A stretch of 64,000 bases of DNA from Callorhinchus milii (Eukaryota), in the NCBI RefSeq assembly GCF_018977255.1, contig NW_024704743.1:106022001-106086000 (forward strand). Reading direction: 5' to 3'. Below, one piece after another: positions 63,442 through 64,000 of this stretch; positions within the stretch are counted from its first letter, which is position 1; every line of letters begins with the position of its first letter. The position numbers and the translations under genes are program-made. The notes beneath the pieces were generated by a model. It was not told the origin of the DNA, ran no database searches, and saw only the letters and a program-made list of their open reading frames with translations.

Positions 63442-64000
63442 GTTGGTATCTGATTTTTCTAACTGTACACAATATTTTTAGAGATATCAGCACAGATGAA
63501 AGGTCCTTGGTTATAGTATTGTGAGTTTTAGATTGAAATGTTGATGCCGTACTCCATACACCTTCACCCCAACCTCCCCCTCCCCCTCCCCCCGAGTTTA
63601 GGTAAACAGGATGCAACCCCTCCAGGAAGAGAGTGCACATTCTATTCCAGACACAGAAATTCCATGTTTATGTTGCACACATGGAACTCTATCTGGGTTT
63701 GGACACCTTTGGATATTAAAGATGGTAATAGGTTTCCGCATGTGACACTCAGCTGATCGAAAAACAGCAACACCTTTTGGAAGAAGATCAAAAGAGAGGT
63801 TTGGATCTTTTCCATCCGGAATGGTAACCTGACCATCCCAGCTTCTACCAATGTTCCTGACCCCACTATCAATTACTCTCCATTTTAATAAGGGGATCAT
63901 TTGGCTCATAGCAGGGCAGAGATACCTAAGACTACACAATGGATGCAGTAAATTACAGAGGTAAACCAATACCAGAGACCTGATGAAGCATTATGGGCTT

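Noticed and set aside
1..64000. CRISPR-like or prokaryotic systems suggested by the recurring ATCAAATGCAAGG(ATT)n motif
   Set aside because: The motif is irregularly dispersed on both strands as SINE tails in eukaryotic DNA, with no regular repeat-spacer array.

Overview
AT-rich, repeat-dense vertebrate genomic DNA. The repeat families (tRNA/Deu-domain SINEs, L2 and CR1 LINE fragments) suggest a cartilaginous fish; this is an inference. The window holds one recognisable gene, RP1 (retinitis pigmentosa 1, a doublecortin-domain photoreceptor axonemal protein), on the + strand. It has a candidate non-coding exon 1 near 32.1 kb, coding exons at 34556-35185 and 43811-43994, and a giant terminal exon at 46761-52662. 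Four downstream PLAT/LH2-domain exons (60543-63441) splice in frame to exon 3, giving an alternative isoform that runs off the window. The giant exon is split by a single -1 frame break at about 49126-49174, which contains an in-register A_AAT_TTC slippery heptamer. It is also preceded by a 239-nt AG-free zone with a perfect TACTAAC branch motif about 110 nt upstream. The first 30 kb is intergenic and includes a locally templated composite insertion inside an L2 element and an old kb-scale inverted homology. Almost all short ORFs in the track are repeat-derived or spurious. No prokaryotic-type systems are present, and I cannot support a claim of a wholly new biological system.
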